Assembly (NCBI GenBank): GCA_963710375.1 | Contig: CAVPZX010000001.1 | Span: forward strand, 1 to 64,000 | Origin: Nitrospirota bacterium | GTDB lineage: Bacteria > Nitrospirota > Thermodesulfovibrionia > Thermodesulfovibrionales > Dissulfurispiraceae | DNA length: 64,000 nt | Direction of reading: 5' to 3' | Part shown: positions 41,630 through 50,730 of the stretch, piece by piece | Layout of the letters: each line of letters starts with the position of its first letter | Position numbering within the stretch: position 1 is the stretch's first letter | The notes under the pieces: model-generated | The model's input: only the letters and a program-made list of their open reading frames with translations | Databases searched by the model: none | Told to the model about the DNA's origin: nothing | Position numbers and translations under genes: made by a program

Positions 41630-42373
41630 ATGGAAACGAAGAATAGGCCATCCTTAATCGCCAGGACAGGGTTTTTAATCGCCCTTATTGCAGGTTTTGC
41701 AGCGATACTAGCGGGACGCGGTACGAGCTATGGGATATGGAGCTACCGGACCGGTATTTCGGTGCTCCGTTGGGCTGCTTACGGAGGGATCACAGCGGCG
41801 GCACTATCACTGATCGGACTCATAGCGTCTCTCCGAATCGTAATTGTCCGGGGTTTCCTGTGCGCTATCCTGGGTGTTGTCATAGGCTGTTTTGTCGCTG
41901 GGATAGTGCTTCACTGGAAAAAGGTTGCCGAGACCGTGCCGCCGATTCACGACATTACTACCGATACTAAGACCGCCCCACAGTTTGTCACGATCCTGAG
42001 ACTTCTCAAGAGTGATAAGAATTCTCCTGTTTACGGGGGAGAGGCGGTGGCCGTCCAGCAGCGGAAGGCGTATCCGGACATCGTCCCTCTCATTCTCCCT
42101 CTTCCTCCGGATCAAGCCTTTGAAAGGGCCCTTGCCGTGGCAAGGCGGTTGGGATGGCAGATCATCGACGCTGACAAAGACTCCGGGCGTATTGAAGCTG
42201 TTGCTACTACTTTCTGGTTTGGGTTCAGCGACGACATTGTTGTCAGGCTCAGAAAGCAAAATTCAGGATGCCGGGTCGATATTCGGTCTGAATCGCGCGT
42301 CGGGGTGAGTGACCTCGGAAAAAATGCGGAAAGAATACGAAGATTTCTTAAAGCGATGAAGGATTCTAAATGA
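41630..42373 (+). CDS. DUF1499 membrane protein
   Basis: Three TMs, PPIHDITTD, FWFGFSDD, VDIRSESRVGVSDLGKNAERI. Confidence 0.88.
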   Translation: METKNRPSLIARTGFLIALIAGFAAILAGRGTSYGIWSYRTGISVLRWAAYGGITAAALSLIGLIASLRIVIVRGFLCAILGVVIGCFVAGIVLHWKKVAETVPPIHDITTDTKTAPQFVTILRLLKSDKNSPVYGGEAVAVQQRKAYPDIVPLILPLPPDQAFERALAVARRLGWQIIDADKDSGRIEAVATTFWFGFSDDIVVRLRKQNSGCRVDIRSESRVGVSDLGKNAERIRRFLKAMKDSK

Positions 42374-42396
42374 TCGCTCTTATGTTATATTAAATT

Positions 42397-43029
42397 ATGG
42401 CAGGGAAGATTCAAAAGATAGTCAGGGGTGTCAGAATGCACGATACCCTGCAGGAAGGGATAGAAGAAGCCCTTGAGAAGCAGGATGCGATCGATAAAAT
42501 CGAAGCCACCAAACACAGGTCAACCGGGTATTTGGAATACAAGAAGACAACCGAGGCCCGCAAAAAGGAAATCGAAAAGAAAATAGAGAGGGATCATAAA
42601 AAGAAGCTTCTGGAGATCCAACAAGCCAAGTATCGTGCCGAACAAAGTTCACGGGATGATGGAAGAGGCCGCAAAACCCCGGGAGTTGTTACAAGTGAAG
42701 AATCAAGTAATGACGCGGCTGCGGACATGCCGCCAAAGGAGCTGACCGAAGAGGCAAGACAACAGCTTATAATCGATTATCTTGATGAGGTGATGCAACT
42801 TCCGGAATTCTGGAAAGGCAGGATGGAAAAACCTGATGAAAAACCGCAGAGAGATGAAATCGAATTGCTGGAACGGCGTACATTCCATGGAATAATGGGC
42901 TACCTTATCAGGAACAAGACCACAGGCAAGAAGTTTTTCATTCCTAATCTGCATAACTTGAACAACAACATTGCGGACAAATTACCTGCAGCTTTCAAAA
43001 TAAATTTTAAGCTCTACAATATCAGTTGA
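42397..43029 (+). CDS. Hypothetical protein (charged, coiled-coil N-half)
   Basis: 210-aa ORF filling the gap between co-oriented genes; no family recognised. Confidence 0.65.
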   Translation: MAGKIQKIVRGVRMHDTLQEGIEEALEKQDAIDKIEATKHRSTGYLEYKKTTEARKKEIEKKIERDHKKKLLEIQQAKYRAEQSSRDDGRGRKTPGVVTSEESSNDAAADMPPKELTEEARQQLIIDYLDEVMQLPEFWKGRMEKPDEKPQRDEIELLERRTFHGIMGYLIRNKTTGKKFFIPNLHNLNNNIADKLPAAFKINFKLYNIS

Positions 43030-43099
43030 ATACCACTTCAATACTCGCTTAAAACCGTGCTAAAATGAAAAAAGAAATAAATCTTCAAGGGGATAATAC

Positions 43100-44227
43100 G
43101 TGAAAGAGCTATTCAAAAAAACGACAATCAATGGTATGACACTCACCAACAGGTTTGTCCGTTCCGCGACCTGGGAAGGCATGTGCGAAAGGGACGGGCG
43201 GCCCACACCCAAGCTTGCTTCCTGCTACCGAGATCTCGCTGCAGGAGGCGTCGGCCTGATCATAACCGGCTATACGTTTGTCAGGCCTGACGGTAAGCAG
43301 TTGCCAGGAAAGATGGGTATCCATACGGACGATTTTGCTGCCGACATGAGGACCCTTTCCAAGGCCGTCCATAATGAAGGCGGCAAGATATGCATGCAGC
43401 TGGTTCATGCAGGCGGTCAGACAACGGCGAAAACGGCAGGCAGAAGGCCACTTGCCCCTTCCGCTGTGAAGGTTGAACAATTCCCTGAAGAACCTGAAGC
43501 AATGAGTAAGAAGGACATAGATGAAATTGTCGCGGCCTTCGGCTATGCTGCCATGCGGGCAAAAAAATATGGGTTCGACGCGGTCCAACTCCATGCAGCC
43601 CATGGCTACCTTATTAACCAGTTCCTCTCTCCGCTGACCAACCGTCGGACTGATGGCTACGGCGGACCTGTCGAAAACCGCTGTCGTTTCCTTCTTGAAG
43701 TTTACCATCGCATCCGTTCAGAGGTGGGACCTGATTTCCCTGTTTTGGTCAAGCTGAACGGCTCCGACAATCTTGAGGGTGGCCTCGATATTGGCGATGC
43801 CGTCCATGTTGCACGTTTGATGGATAAGGAAAAGATCGATGCCATAGAAGTGAGCGGCGGCACCTCTGCCTCGGGCGAAAGATCTCCTGTGAGGACCAAG
43901 ATCGATAAACCCGCCCGTGAGGCTTACAACCTTGCACTTGCCGGGAAGATCAAAAAAGCGGTCCAATGTCCTGTCATGGCGGTTGGAGGTTTCAGGTCGC
44001 TCGAAGTTATAAATAAGGCCGCTATCGAAAATGGGATCGATTACATTGCCATGGCCCGCCCCTTCATCAGGGAACCGCGGCTGATCAGGCGCTGGAAAGA
44101 AGGTGACCTAGCTCCCGCGCGCTGCATCTCCTGCAATGGCTGCTTCAAGCCCGGACTCAGTGAAGGCGGTATCTATTGCGTGGTTGAAAAAAAGGAGGCG
44201 CAAAAGCGAACTGCCGGACCTCTTTGA
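43100..44227 (+). CDS. NADH:flavin oxidoreductase (Old Yellow Enzyme family) with C-terminal Cys cluster
   Basis: NRFVRSAT, QLVHAG, HAAHGYLINQFLSP..NRRTDGYGG, ARPFIREP, CISCNGC..YC. Confidence 0.93.
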   Translation: MKELFKKTTINGMTLTNRFVRSATWEGMCERDGRPTPKLASCYRDLAAGGVGLIITGYTFVRPDGKQLPGKMGIHTDDFAADMRTLSKAVHNEGGKICMQLVHAGGQTTAKTAGRRPLAPSAVKVEQFPEEPEAMSKKDIDEIVAAFGYAAMRAKKYGFDAVQLHAAHGYLINQFLSPLTNRRTDGYGGPVENRCRFLLEVYHRIRSEVGPDFPVLVKLNGSDNLEGGLDIGDAVHVARLMDKEKIDAIEVSGGTSASGERSPVRTKIDKPAREAYNLALAGKIKKAVQCPVMAVGGFRSLEVINKAAIENGIDYIAMARPFIREPRLIRRWKEGDLAPARCISCNGCFKPGLSEGGIYCVVEKKEAQKRTAGPL

Positions 44228-44240
44228 TACGACGCTATCT

Positions 44241-44879
44241 ATGAATAACCAATCTCTGGACCAACTTGTTGAAACATTGCTGGAAGGTGATCAGGCACGT
44301 GCTGTTTCCGAGGTAACAATCCTGCGAGATGCCGGTATTGATAATGAAGTTATCATTAAGGAAGGCATTGAGAAAGCTATGGGTCAGCTTGACACAAAAT
44401 GCACCCTGGAGCAGTTCAACCTGCTCGAAATAATGCTTGTCGGGCGAGCGGTGATGGGAGTTATCAAGACACTCTATCCTGATTTGCCCCCTTTGGCCAC
44501 GAGAGGAACCGCCGTAATTGCGAGTCTCGAAGGTGATGTTCATGACCTGGGGAAAAACATTGTCAGGACTATCATGAGTGCGAAGGGATACAGGGTCATT
44601 GATTGCGGCAAGGACTGTCCGGTGGAGAAACTGGTTGATGCAGCCGCCCGGGAAGGGGCAGCGATTATTGTTATAAGCGGCCTTATCACGAGCATCATAC
44701 CTTTGGTGCGGCAGGTCACCCCTTTGGCGCGAAAGCGCGGCCTGACAAAGGTAAAGGTCCTGGCAGGAGGGGCAGCATTGAAGCAGGCGACTGCGGATAT
44801 TCTCAATGTCGATTATGTAGCAGATTCCGTTTTTGACGTTATTCGCTACCTCGAACTTCAATACGAGGAAACAAGATGA
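44241..44879 (+). CDS. Cobalamin-binding corrinoid protein (cap + B12-binding domain, MtaC/MtbC-like)
   Basis: Base-off/His-on motif GDVHDLGKNIV, SGL, VLAGGA; N-terminal helical cap. Confidence 0.92.
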   Translation: MNNQSLDQLVETLLEGDQARAVSEVTILRDAGIDNEVIIKEGIEKAMGQLDTKCTLEQFNLLEIMLVGRAVMGVIKTLYPDLPPLATRGTAVIASLEGDVHDLGKNIVRTIMSAKGYRVIDCGKDCPVEKLVDAAAREGAAIIVISGLITSIIPLVRQVTPLARKRGLTKVKVLAGGAALKQATADILNVDYVADSVFDVIRYLELQYEETR

Positions 44880-45892
44880 ACAGCCTGGATCGAATTCAGG
44901 CCGCGTTAAACTTTGGAAAACCTGACCGTGTTCCGGTGATCGCCCAGGTTTTCGGTCTTGCGGCTGTCCTTAGCGATGTGTCTCTGGGAGCTTATGTCAG
45001 AGACGGTCAATTGCTGGCGAGCTGCCAGTTGAATGCCCTGTCTCATTATGGCTACGACGCCGTCTTCGCGCTCATGGACGCCGGCGTGGAGACCGAGGCG
45101 GTTGGTTCAATCCTGACCTACCGCGCTGATATGTACCCGTATGTCTCAAAGTATGCGATTGAGGATGCTAGTGAGGTGGATAAGTTTGCTGTGCCTGATC
45201 CCAGGCATAGAGGGCGCATGCCTGAAGTACTCAAGGCTGCTCAGATTCTGCGCCGTGAGCTGCGGGACGAGGTTCTGATTGTCGGTTGCGTATTGGGACC
45301 GATGACTCTGGCGATGCAGTTGATGGGGCCGGAGAAGACCCTCTTCCTTGCCGTAGACGAACCGGATCTGTTTGCCAGGGTCCTTGATTTTGCCCTGGAA
45401 GTCTCTGTTGCTTTCGGTCTGGCGCAGATCGAAGCAGGGGCACATCTGCCGATGGTATTCGATCCTTCCGCCTCGCCGGCGGTCATACCTCCGCATTTTT
45501 TTCGCGAGTTCGTGCTGCCGCGGACCAAAAGGCTTTTCTCCGCATTGAAGTCTGGAGGATCGTTTGCCAACTGGCTTCATATAGCCGGACCTGCTGAAAC
45601 GATCTACCCTTTTTATGAGGAGGCCGGAGTGGACATCGCCAATTTCGATTACTGCATCGATCCGATTCGTGCACGGCAGATTCTGCCCCGGACCTGTCTC
45701 GATGGAAATATAAAACCGCTTTCCTTTGTTGAAGCGACACCAAACGACATTGCTGAGGAGTCGGCCAGGCTGCTGGAACTTTTCAGTTTGTATGGAGGTC
45801 TTATTCTTTCTTCCGGATGTGAAATCCCGCTGGAAGCCAAATCTGAAAATGTGACCGCCATGGTCCGCGCCCCACACGCAGGACAGATTTAA
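44876..45892 (+). CDS. UroD-fold MtaA/CmuA-like methyltransferase
   Basis: KPDRVPV, YGYDAV, ETEAVG, GRMPEVLKA, GPMTLA, FDPSAS, LHIAG, LDGNI, LSSGCE. Confidence 0.88.
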   Translation: MNSLDRIQAALNFGKPDRVPVIAQVFGLAAVLSDVSLGAYVRDGQLLASCQLNALSHYGYDAVFALMDAGVETEAVGSILTYRADMYPYVSKYAIEDASEVDKFAVPDPRHRGRMPEVLKAAQILRRELRDEVLIVGCVLGPMTLAMQLMGPEKTLFLAVDEPDLFARVLDFALEVSVAFGLAQIEAGAHLPMVFDPSASPAVIPPHFFREFVLPRTKRLFSALKSGGSFANWLHIAGPAETIYPFYEEAGVDIANFDYCIDPIRARQILPRTCLDGNIKPLSFVEATPNDIAEESARLLELFSLYGGLILSSGCEIPLEAKSENVTAMVRAPHAGQI

Positions 45893-47505
45893 TGCCTATC
45901 CTAACCGTTAAGCAGGCGGGTAAAGATCGACATATAATATTCATATCCGGTCGTTCGGTGCGTGATATCCTCGATGAAACTGACCTTCGGGTCCGCTCCG
46001 GATGTGACGGCGCGGGAGCTTGCGGCATGTGCCGCATCAGGGTCGTGGGTGGCCACGCCGGGGAGCCTTCGGTGAACGAGCTCGCAAACCTCGGCGCGGG
46101 GCTGCTGTCTCAAAGTGTGCGGCTTGCCTGCCAGGTTAAAGCGGAGCGAGACCTGCAGATAGAGATACTCAGCCGTGCACCCCGGTCAGTTTGGCGCAGC
46201 CTGGACCAGGGAGGAGCCAAAACATGCATCCCGGCCACAGCAGCGGCGCCCCATCCGGAAACAGAACATCCCTTAGGAGTAAGTGTAGATATTGGCACTA
46301 CCCACATTTCGATTTCTTTATTAGATATTCACGCCTGCTGCCGGTTGGCAGGGCGCCTCGGCCTAAATCCTCAATCAGACTCGGGCGCCGACGTCCTTAC
46401 TCGTCTGATATCGGCTCAAACTTATGAACAGGGTGAAAAGTTAAGCCAGCAGGTAATCCAGTCAATAGGTGAAGGATTACACGATATCGGATCCCGGGAG
46501 GGAATCGACTTGAGAAGGGTTGAGCGCGTTGTTTTAGTGGGAAACACAGCAATGTTGTCCCTGTTGTCGGGGCAAAACCGTCATCTTTTGCTGCAGCCCC
46601 GCTACTGGAGTGAATCTATTGAATGCCTCCCCCTTGAAACCGCCTCCTGGGGCGCCTCCTGGGGGATTAGCCCTGGAGCGGCTATCGACGTTATCCCTCC
46701 CCTGGCCGGCTTTGTCGGTTCCGATCTTCTCTCCGGCGTCTTAGCAACTGGCCTGATGGAACACGGTGGCGGGGCCCTTCTGATCGATTTCGGAACCAAT
46801 TCAGAAGTAGCCCTTTGGGATGGGAATAAGATATGGGTGACATCTGCAGCCGGAGGTCCCGCTTTTGAGGGGTGCGGCATAAGCTGCGGAATGCCGGCGG
46901 AGCCAGGCGCTATTTACCGTGTATATGCTTCTGATGAGACAGGAGAGCTTGCGTTCGAGATTGTTGCCGACGCCGAACCCCGAGGTTTGTGCGGGTCCGG
47001 CATGGTAGATCTGCTTGCATGTCTTGTCAGAAACAGGACATTGAACAAGAAGGGACAATTCGCATCGTCTGTTCAGCAGTATGGTTTTCCGCTTCGGCGC
47101 GGCGATCTGGATATTGTTCTGACCAAGAGAGACATAGACATTTTCCAGCGTGCAAAGGCCGCTATCGGAGTGGCTGTCAATGTGCTTCTGACCAAAGCAG
47201 GCATCGGATATCGCGAGTTGCGGCGAATATGTATTGGCGGAGTTTTCGGCCAATATCTTAATATAGTCAATGCCCAGGAGATTGGGCTTCTGCCGGCGAT
47301 CCCCGGGCTGCTTATAGAAACCTCGGGCAACACGGCACTCTCCGGATGCGAAACCCTGCTCCTTTCACCCGAGGCTGACAAGCGGTTACAGGAGGTAAGG
47401 AGCCGCGCAGTCCTTGTAAATTTAGCTAACGTTGCCGAGTTCGAGTCGCTTTTCCTCGAAAATCTCTATCTAAAGCCTGCTAATGAGAATATGGGCCATG
47501 ACTGA
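45892..47505 (+). CDS. ASKHA-domain reductive activator of corrinoid proteins (RACo/RamA-type, DUF4445) with N-terminal [2Fe-2S] ferredoxin
   Basis: CDGAGACGMC..RLACQ, VDIGTT, GADVLTR, GFVGSD, DFGTNSE, GPAFEG, GLCGSG. Confidence 0.92.
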   Translation: MPILTVKQAGKDRHIIFISGRSVRDILDETDLRVRSGCDGAGACGMCRIRVVGGHAGEPSVNELANLGAGLLSQSVRLACQVKAERDLQIEILSRAPRSVWRSLDQGGAKTCIPATAAAPHPETEHPLGVSVDIGTTHISISLLDIHACCRLAGRLGLNPQSDSGADVLTRLISAQTYEQGEKLSQQVIQSIGEGLHDIGSREGIDLRRVERVVLVGNTAMLSLLSGQNRHLLLQPRYWSESIECLPLETASWGASWGISPGAAIDVIPPLAGFVGSDLLSGVLATGLMEHGGGALLIDFGTNSEVALWDGNKIWVTSAAGGPAFEGCGISCGMPAEPGAIYRVYASDETGELAFEIVADAEPRGLCGSGMVDLLACLVRNRTLNKKGQFASSVQQYGFPLRRGDLDIVLTKRDIDIFQRAKAAIGVAVNVLLTKAGIGYRELRRICIGGVFGQYLNIVNAQEIGLLPAIPGLLIETSGNTALSGCETLLLSPEADKRLQEVRSRAVLVNLANVAEFESLFLENLYLKPANENMGHD

Positions 47506-48694
47506 ATCGTTCTCCGATAAACAGGAGTTGAAGGCGTTTATAAATGCCGCACAATATTTAGCCGGCCTGACTTCCGGACAAGACACCTGGGAGGAGGCTG
47601 GAAAGGTCCTGGTTAAGTTTTTTGGGGCTGATTTTGCTGCCTTTGCAAGACACCATACCAACGGAGCAATTGAGATCGATCACTGGTCATTTTCCGGGAG
47701 AGGAGCTTCAGCGCGACTCCCGGAAAATGAAATGATTGTGGCGGCGGGCGATGTTTTTGAGAGCGGCTTTCTCACTTTTATTTCCATTAAATCTGATGAT
47801 CCGGCTGCTGCAGCCTTCTTTCCAATACTTCATGAAAATCGTGTGATCGCCGTGATGCTGGTGGGGCATCTCTCGTCCCCTGCTCTGGAGAATGACACTC
47901 TTGATCTCTATCTGGCAGTCGCCGGGCTTATTGGAGCAACATACTCACGTAAAATTTCTCTTGTGCAGCTCGAGGAGTTGGTAGAGGAGCGTACAGCCGA
48001 ATTGACTGCTGTGAATCAGGAACTCGAAAGATTCAGCTATTCTGTCTCTCACGATCTTCGCGCCCCCCTCCGGCACATGTCCGGTTTTGTGGAACTGCTT
48101 AAAAAAAGGCTTGGGGACTACCCTGACGCGGCTGCACGCGATTATATGAACATGATATCCGAGGCCTCAAAAAAAATGGGTGTGCTTATCGATGATCTCC
48201 TGAACTTTTCACGCCTTGGCCATGCTCAAATGCAGAAGACAAAGGTTAATTTAAATGCCCTTGTAAAAGCAGTAGTGCAAGAAATTCGGGAAGATCTGAA
48301 GGAACGGGATATCAGATGGGAGATCGATGAACTGCCAGATGTCCTGGCGGACCAGTCATTGCTCAGGCTTGTGATCGTAAATCTAGTCTCCAATGCAGTC
48401 AAGTTCACAAGTACCCGTCCAAAAGCTGAAATCAAGATCGGATGCAGAGATGAGGGAGATAAAATCACTTGTTCCGTCACGGACAATGGAGTAGGGTTTG
48501 ATATGAAATTTGTGCATAAACTATTCGGCGTATTCCAGCGTCTCCACAGCCAGAGCGAATTTGAAGGCACCGGTATCGGACTTGCGAATATACAACGCAT
48601 TATCAGCCGCCATGGCGGTAGAGTCTGGGCCGAAGGTGCTGTGGGACAAGGCGCCACATTTTATTTTACTTTGCCAATAATTAAGGAGACATAA
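47498..48694 (+). CDS. Soluble sensor histidine kinase (GAF-like N-domain + HisKA + HATPase_c)
   Basis: FSYSVSHDLRAPLRH, NLVSNAVKFT, DNGVGF, FQRLH, GTGIGLA; no TM segment apparent. Confidence 0.93.
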   Translation: MTESFSDKQELKAFINAAQYLAGLTSGQDTWEEAGKVLVKFFGADFAAFARHHTNGAIEIDHWSFSGRGASARLPENEMIVAAGDVFESGFLTFISIKSDDPAAAAFFPILHENRVIAVMLVGHLSSPALENDTLDLYLAVAGLIGATYSRKISLVQLEELVEERTAELTAVNQELERFSYSVSHDLRAPLRHMSGFVELLKKRLGDYPDAAARDYMNMISEASKKMGVLIDDLLNFSRLGHAQMQKTKVNLNALVKAVVQEIREDLKERDIRWEIDELPDVLADQSLLRLVIVNLVSNAVKFTSTRPKAEIKIGCRDEGDKITCSVTDNGVGFDMKFVHKLFGVFQRLHSQSEFEGTGIGLANIQRIISRHGGRVWAEGAVGQGATFYFTLPIIKET

Positions 48695-48719
48695 TACCGG
48701 AAATGGGATAGAATAAGTC

Positions 48720-49358
48720 ATGAACATGAGGAAAGAAGTTACCATTTTATTGATTGAGGACAACCCGGCTGATGTCTATCTGATACGCGAAATGTTGTCA
48801 GAGACGACCGATGACATTATCCTTGAAGACGCCGACAGTTTCGCAAAGGGGCTCGCCAGGATAGATGCCGGTCAAATTGATTTGGTTCTGCTGGACCTCG
48901 GACTTCCTGACAGCCAGGGGATGGCCGGTGTCAAAAACCTGTGTGAGAGGTTCGGCCGGCTGCCTATTATCGTATTTACCGGGCTATCTGATGAACAGCT
49001 CGGCACACAGGCTGTTCATGAGGGTGCGCAGGACTATTTGATAAAGGGGCAGACAAACGGCAGCCTGCTGGTAAAGGCTATTCGTTATGCCATGGAGCGC
49101 AAACAGCTCGAAAACGAAAAGGAACACCTTATCCGTGAGCTTCAGGAATCCCTCGCTAAGGTTAAAAGACTTAGCGGCTTGTTGCCGATTTGCGCCTCAT
49201 GCAAAAAAATACGCGATGACAAAGGCTACTGGAATCAGGTTGAAACATATTTAAGTGAGCATTCCGACGCCAAGTTCAGTCATGGCATCTGTCCCGAATG
49301 CGGGAAAAAACTGTACCCGGAATTTTACGACAAGGTCTGGGGGAAAGAAAACAAATAG
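48720..49358 (+). CDS. Response regulator: REC + coiled coil + Cys-rich C-terminal domain
   Basis: IEDN, LLDLGLPD, AQDYLIK; tail LPICASCKKIRDDKGYW..FSHGICPEC. Confidence 0.92.
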   Translation: MNMRKEVTILLIEDNPADVYLIREMLSETTDDIILEDADSFAKGLARIDAGQIDLVLLDLGLPDSQGMAGVKNLCERFGRLPIIVFTGLSDEQLGTQAVHEGAQDYLIKGQTNGSLLVKAIRYAMERKQLENEKEHLIRELQESLAKVKRLSGLLPICASCKKIRDDKGYWNQVETYLSEHSDAKFSHGICPECGKKLYPEFYDKVWGKENK

Positions 49359-49396
49359 CAGGTATTTATTTGTAGTTGACGTCTGGAGTGTACAAA

Positions 49397-50719
49397 TCAG
49401 TTATCCATCAGTATTATCTGTATATCCATGACATTAGTACCGGTCGGCCCGGTGATGAATAAATCATCCGTCCTGCTGAAAAAAGTATATGAATCATTAT
49501 TCTTCAGGTATTCCCCGGCGTCGATACCTGCCACTGCCGCTTTTGCAACAGTTGCCCCGTCCACAAACGCTCCTGCCGCGTCGGTAGGTCCATCAGTGCC
49601 GTCAGTGCCTGCCGAAAGAAAAGTAATACCCGGGAGTCCTTTAATTTCCATTCCGAAAACAAGGGCAAGTTCCGTATTCCTGCCTCCCTTGCCGTTTCCT
49701 CTGACCGTAACAGTGGTTTCTCCCCCTGCGATAAGACATGCCTTGTCTCCCGGAGCTAATGTTTTTTTGAAATCAATCGCTTTTCTTGCGAGTTCCACGG
49801 CAACGATTGACGCTTCACCGTTCAGTTCAGTAGACATTACAGTTGTTCTGTATCCCAATAACTCCGCGGTCTTCCCGGCTGCATCTCTCGCCAGCTTGTT
49901 GCTTCCAATAATGATATTCCTTACTCTCTGAAAAATCGGATCGTCATCCTTAGGCGTTTCAGGCATAAGCCCACGTATCCCTTTACCTATTATTTCCGCA
50001 ACGCTTGGCGGCAGTCTGTCTTCCAGCTTATATTTCCTGAGAACATTATGTGCGTCATTATAAGTTGTTTTGTCAGGCGCTGTAGGACCTGAAGCAATCA
50101 TATCCAGTCTGTTACCCATAACGTCGGAGAGTATCAGTGATATAATTGCCGCCGGTTGAGCCGCTTCAGCCAGCCTGCCTCCTTTTACTGCAGAAATGTG
50201 TTTTCGAACAGTGTTAAGCTCATAAATATCGGCCCCGGCCTTAAGAAGCATGCTGGTTACCTCCTGTTTATCAGCCAGAGTGATGTCTCTGTAAGGCGCT
50301 ACGAGAAGAGCAGAGCCTCCTCCTGATATAAGGCAAATGACCAGGGTATTTTTGTCCGCCTCTTTGAGCACCCCCACAATTTCCTTAGCGGCCTTTAGTC
50401 CATTTTCATCAGGCAGCGGATGCCCGGCTTCATAGGTCATAATTTTGCTTTTTCCGTCCCACCTAACAGAATGGCCATATTTGGTCACTATTATTCCTCC
50501 GGCAAGCAGGTCTCCGAGATTGTCTTCTATTGCTTTTGACATGAGCGAAGCCGCTTTGCCGAAACCTGTGAGGACCAGTTTCCTGAAATTACCGCTCTCG
50601 TATGCCGAGCGAATGGTTTCAGAGTAAGAGGCAACTGCTTTGTAGGGGTCTACTGCCCGAAGTGATTGATTGAAAATTTCTCTAATGATAACCCTGGGGC
50701 CTTCTCCCGCCATTACCAT
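49397..50719 (-). CDS. Glycerate 2-kinase (class II, DUF4147/MOFRL)
   Basis: GFGKAA, AGHPLPD, ISGGGSAL, VKGGRL, GGETTV..GGRN, GTDGTDG, TGTNVMD. Confidence 0.93.
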   Translation of the reverse strand: MVMAGEGPRVIIREIFNQSLRAVDPYKAVASYSETIRSAYESGNFRKLVLTGFGKAASLMSKAIEDNLGDLLAGGIIVTKYGHSVRWDGKSKIMTYEAGHPLPDENGLKAAKEIVGVLKEADKNTLVICLISGGGSALLVAPYRDITLADKQEVTSMLLKAGADIYELNTVRKHISAVKGGRLAEAAQPAAIISLILSDVMGNRLDMIASGPTAPDKTTYNDAHNVLRKYKLEDRLPPSVAEIIGKGIRGLMPETPKDDDPIFQRVRNIIIGSNKLARDAAGKTAELLGYRTTVMSTELNGEASIVAVELARKAIDFKKTLAPGDKACLIAGGETTVTVRGNGKGGRNTELALVFGMEIKGLPGITFLSAGTDGTDGPTDAAGAFVDGATVAKAAVAGIDAGEYLKNNDSYTFFSRTDDLFITGPTGTNVMDIQIILMDN

Positions 50720-50730
50720 GAATACCGTTT

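Noticed and set aside
44241..44879. HgcA, methionine synthase or CarH-type photoreceptor
   Set aside because: No NVWCAAGK cap helix or TM domain, no MetH domains, and no HTH or WxxxxxxxxxEH motif.
44876..45892. True uroporphyrinogen decarboxylase (hemE)
   Set aside because: Lacks the WxMRQAGR signature; its context is corrinoid methyltransfer.
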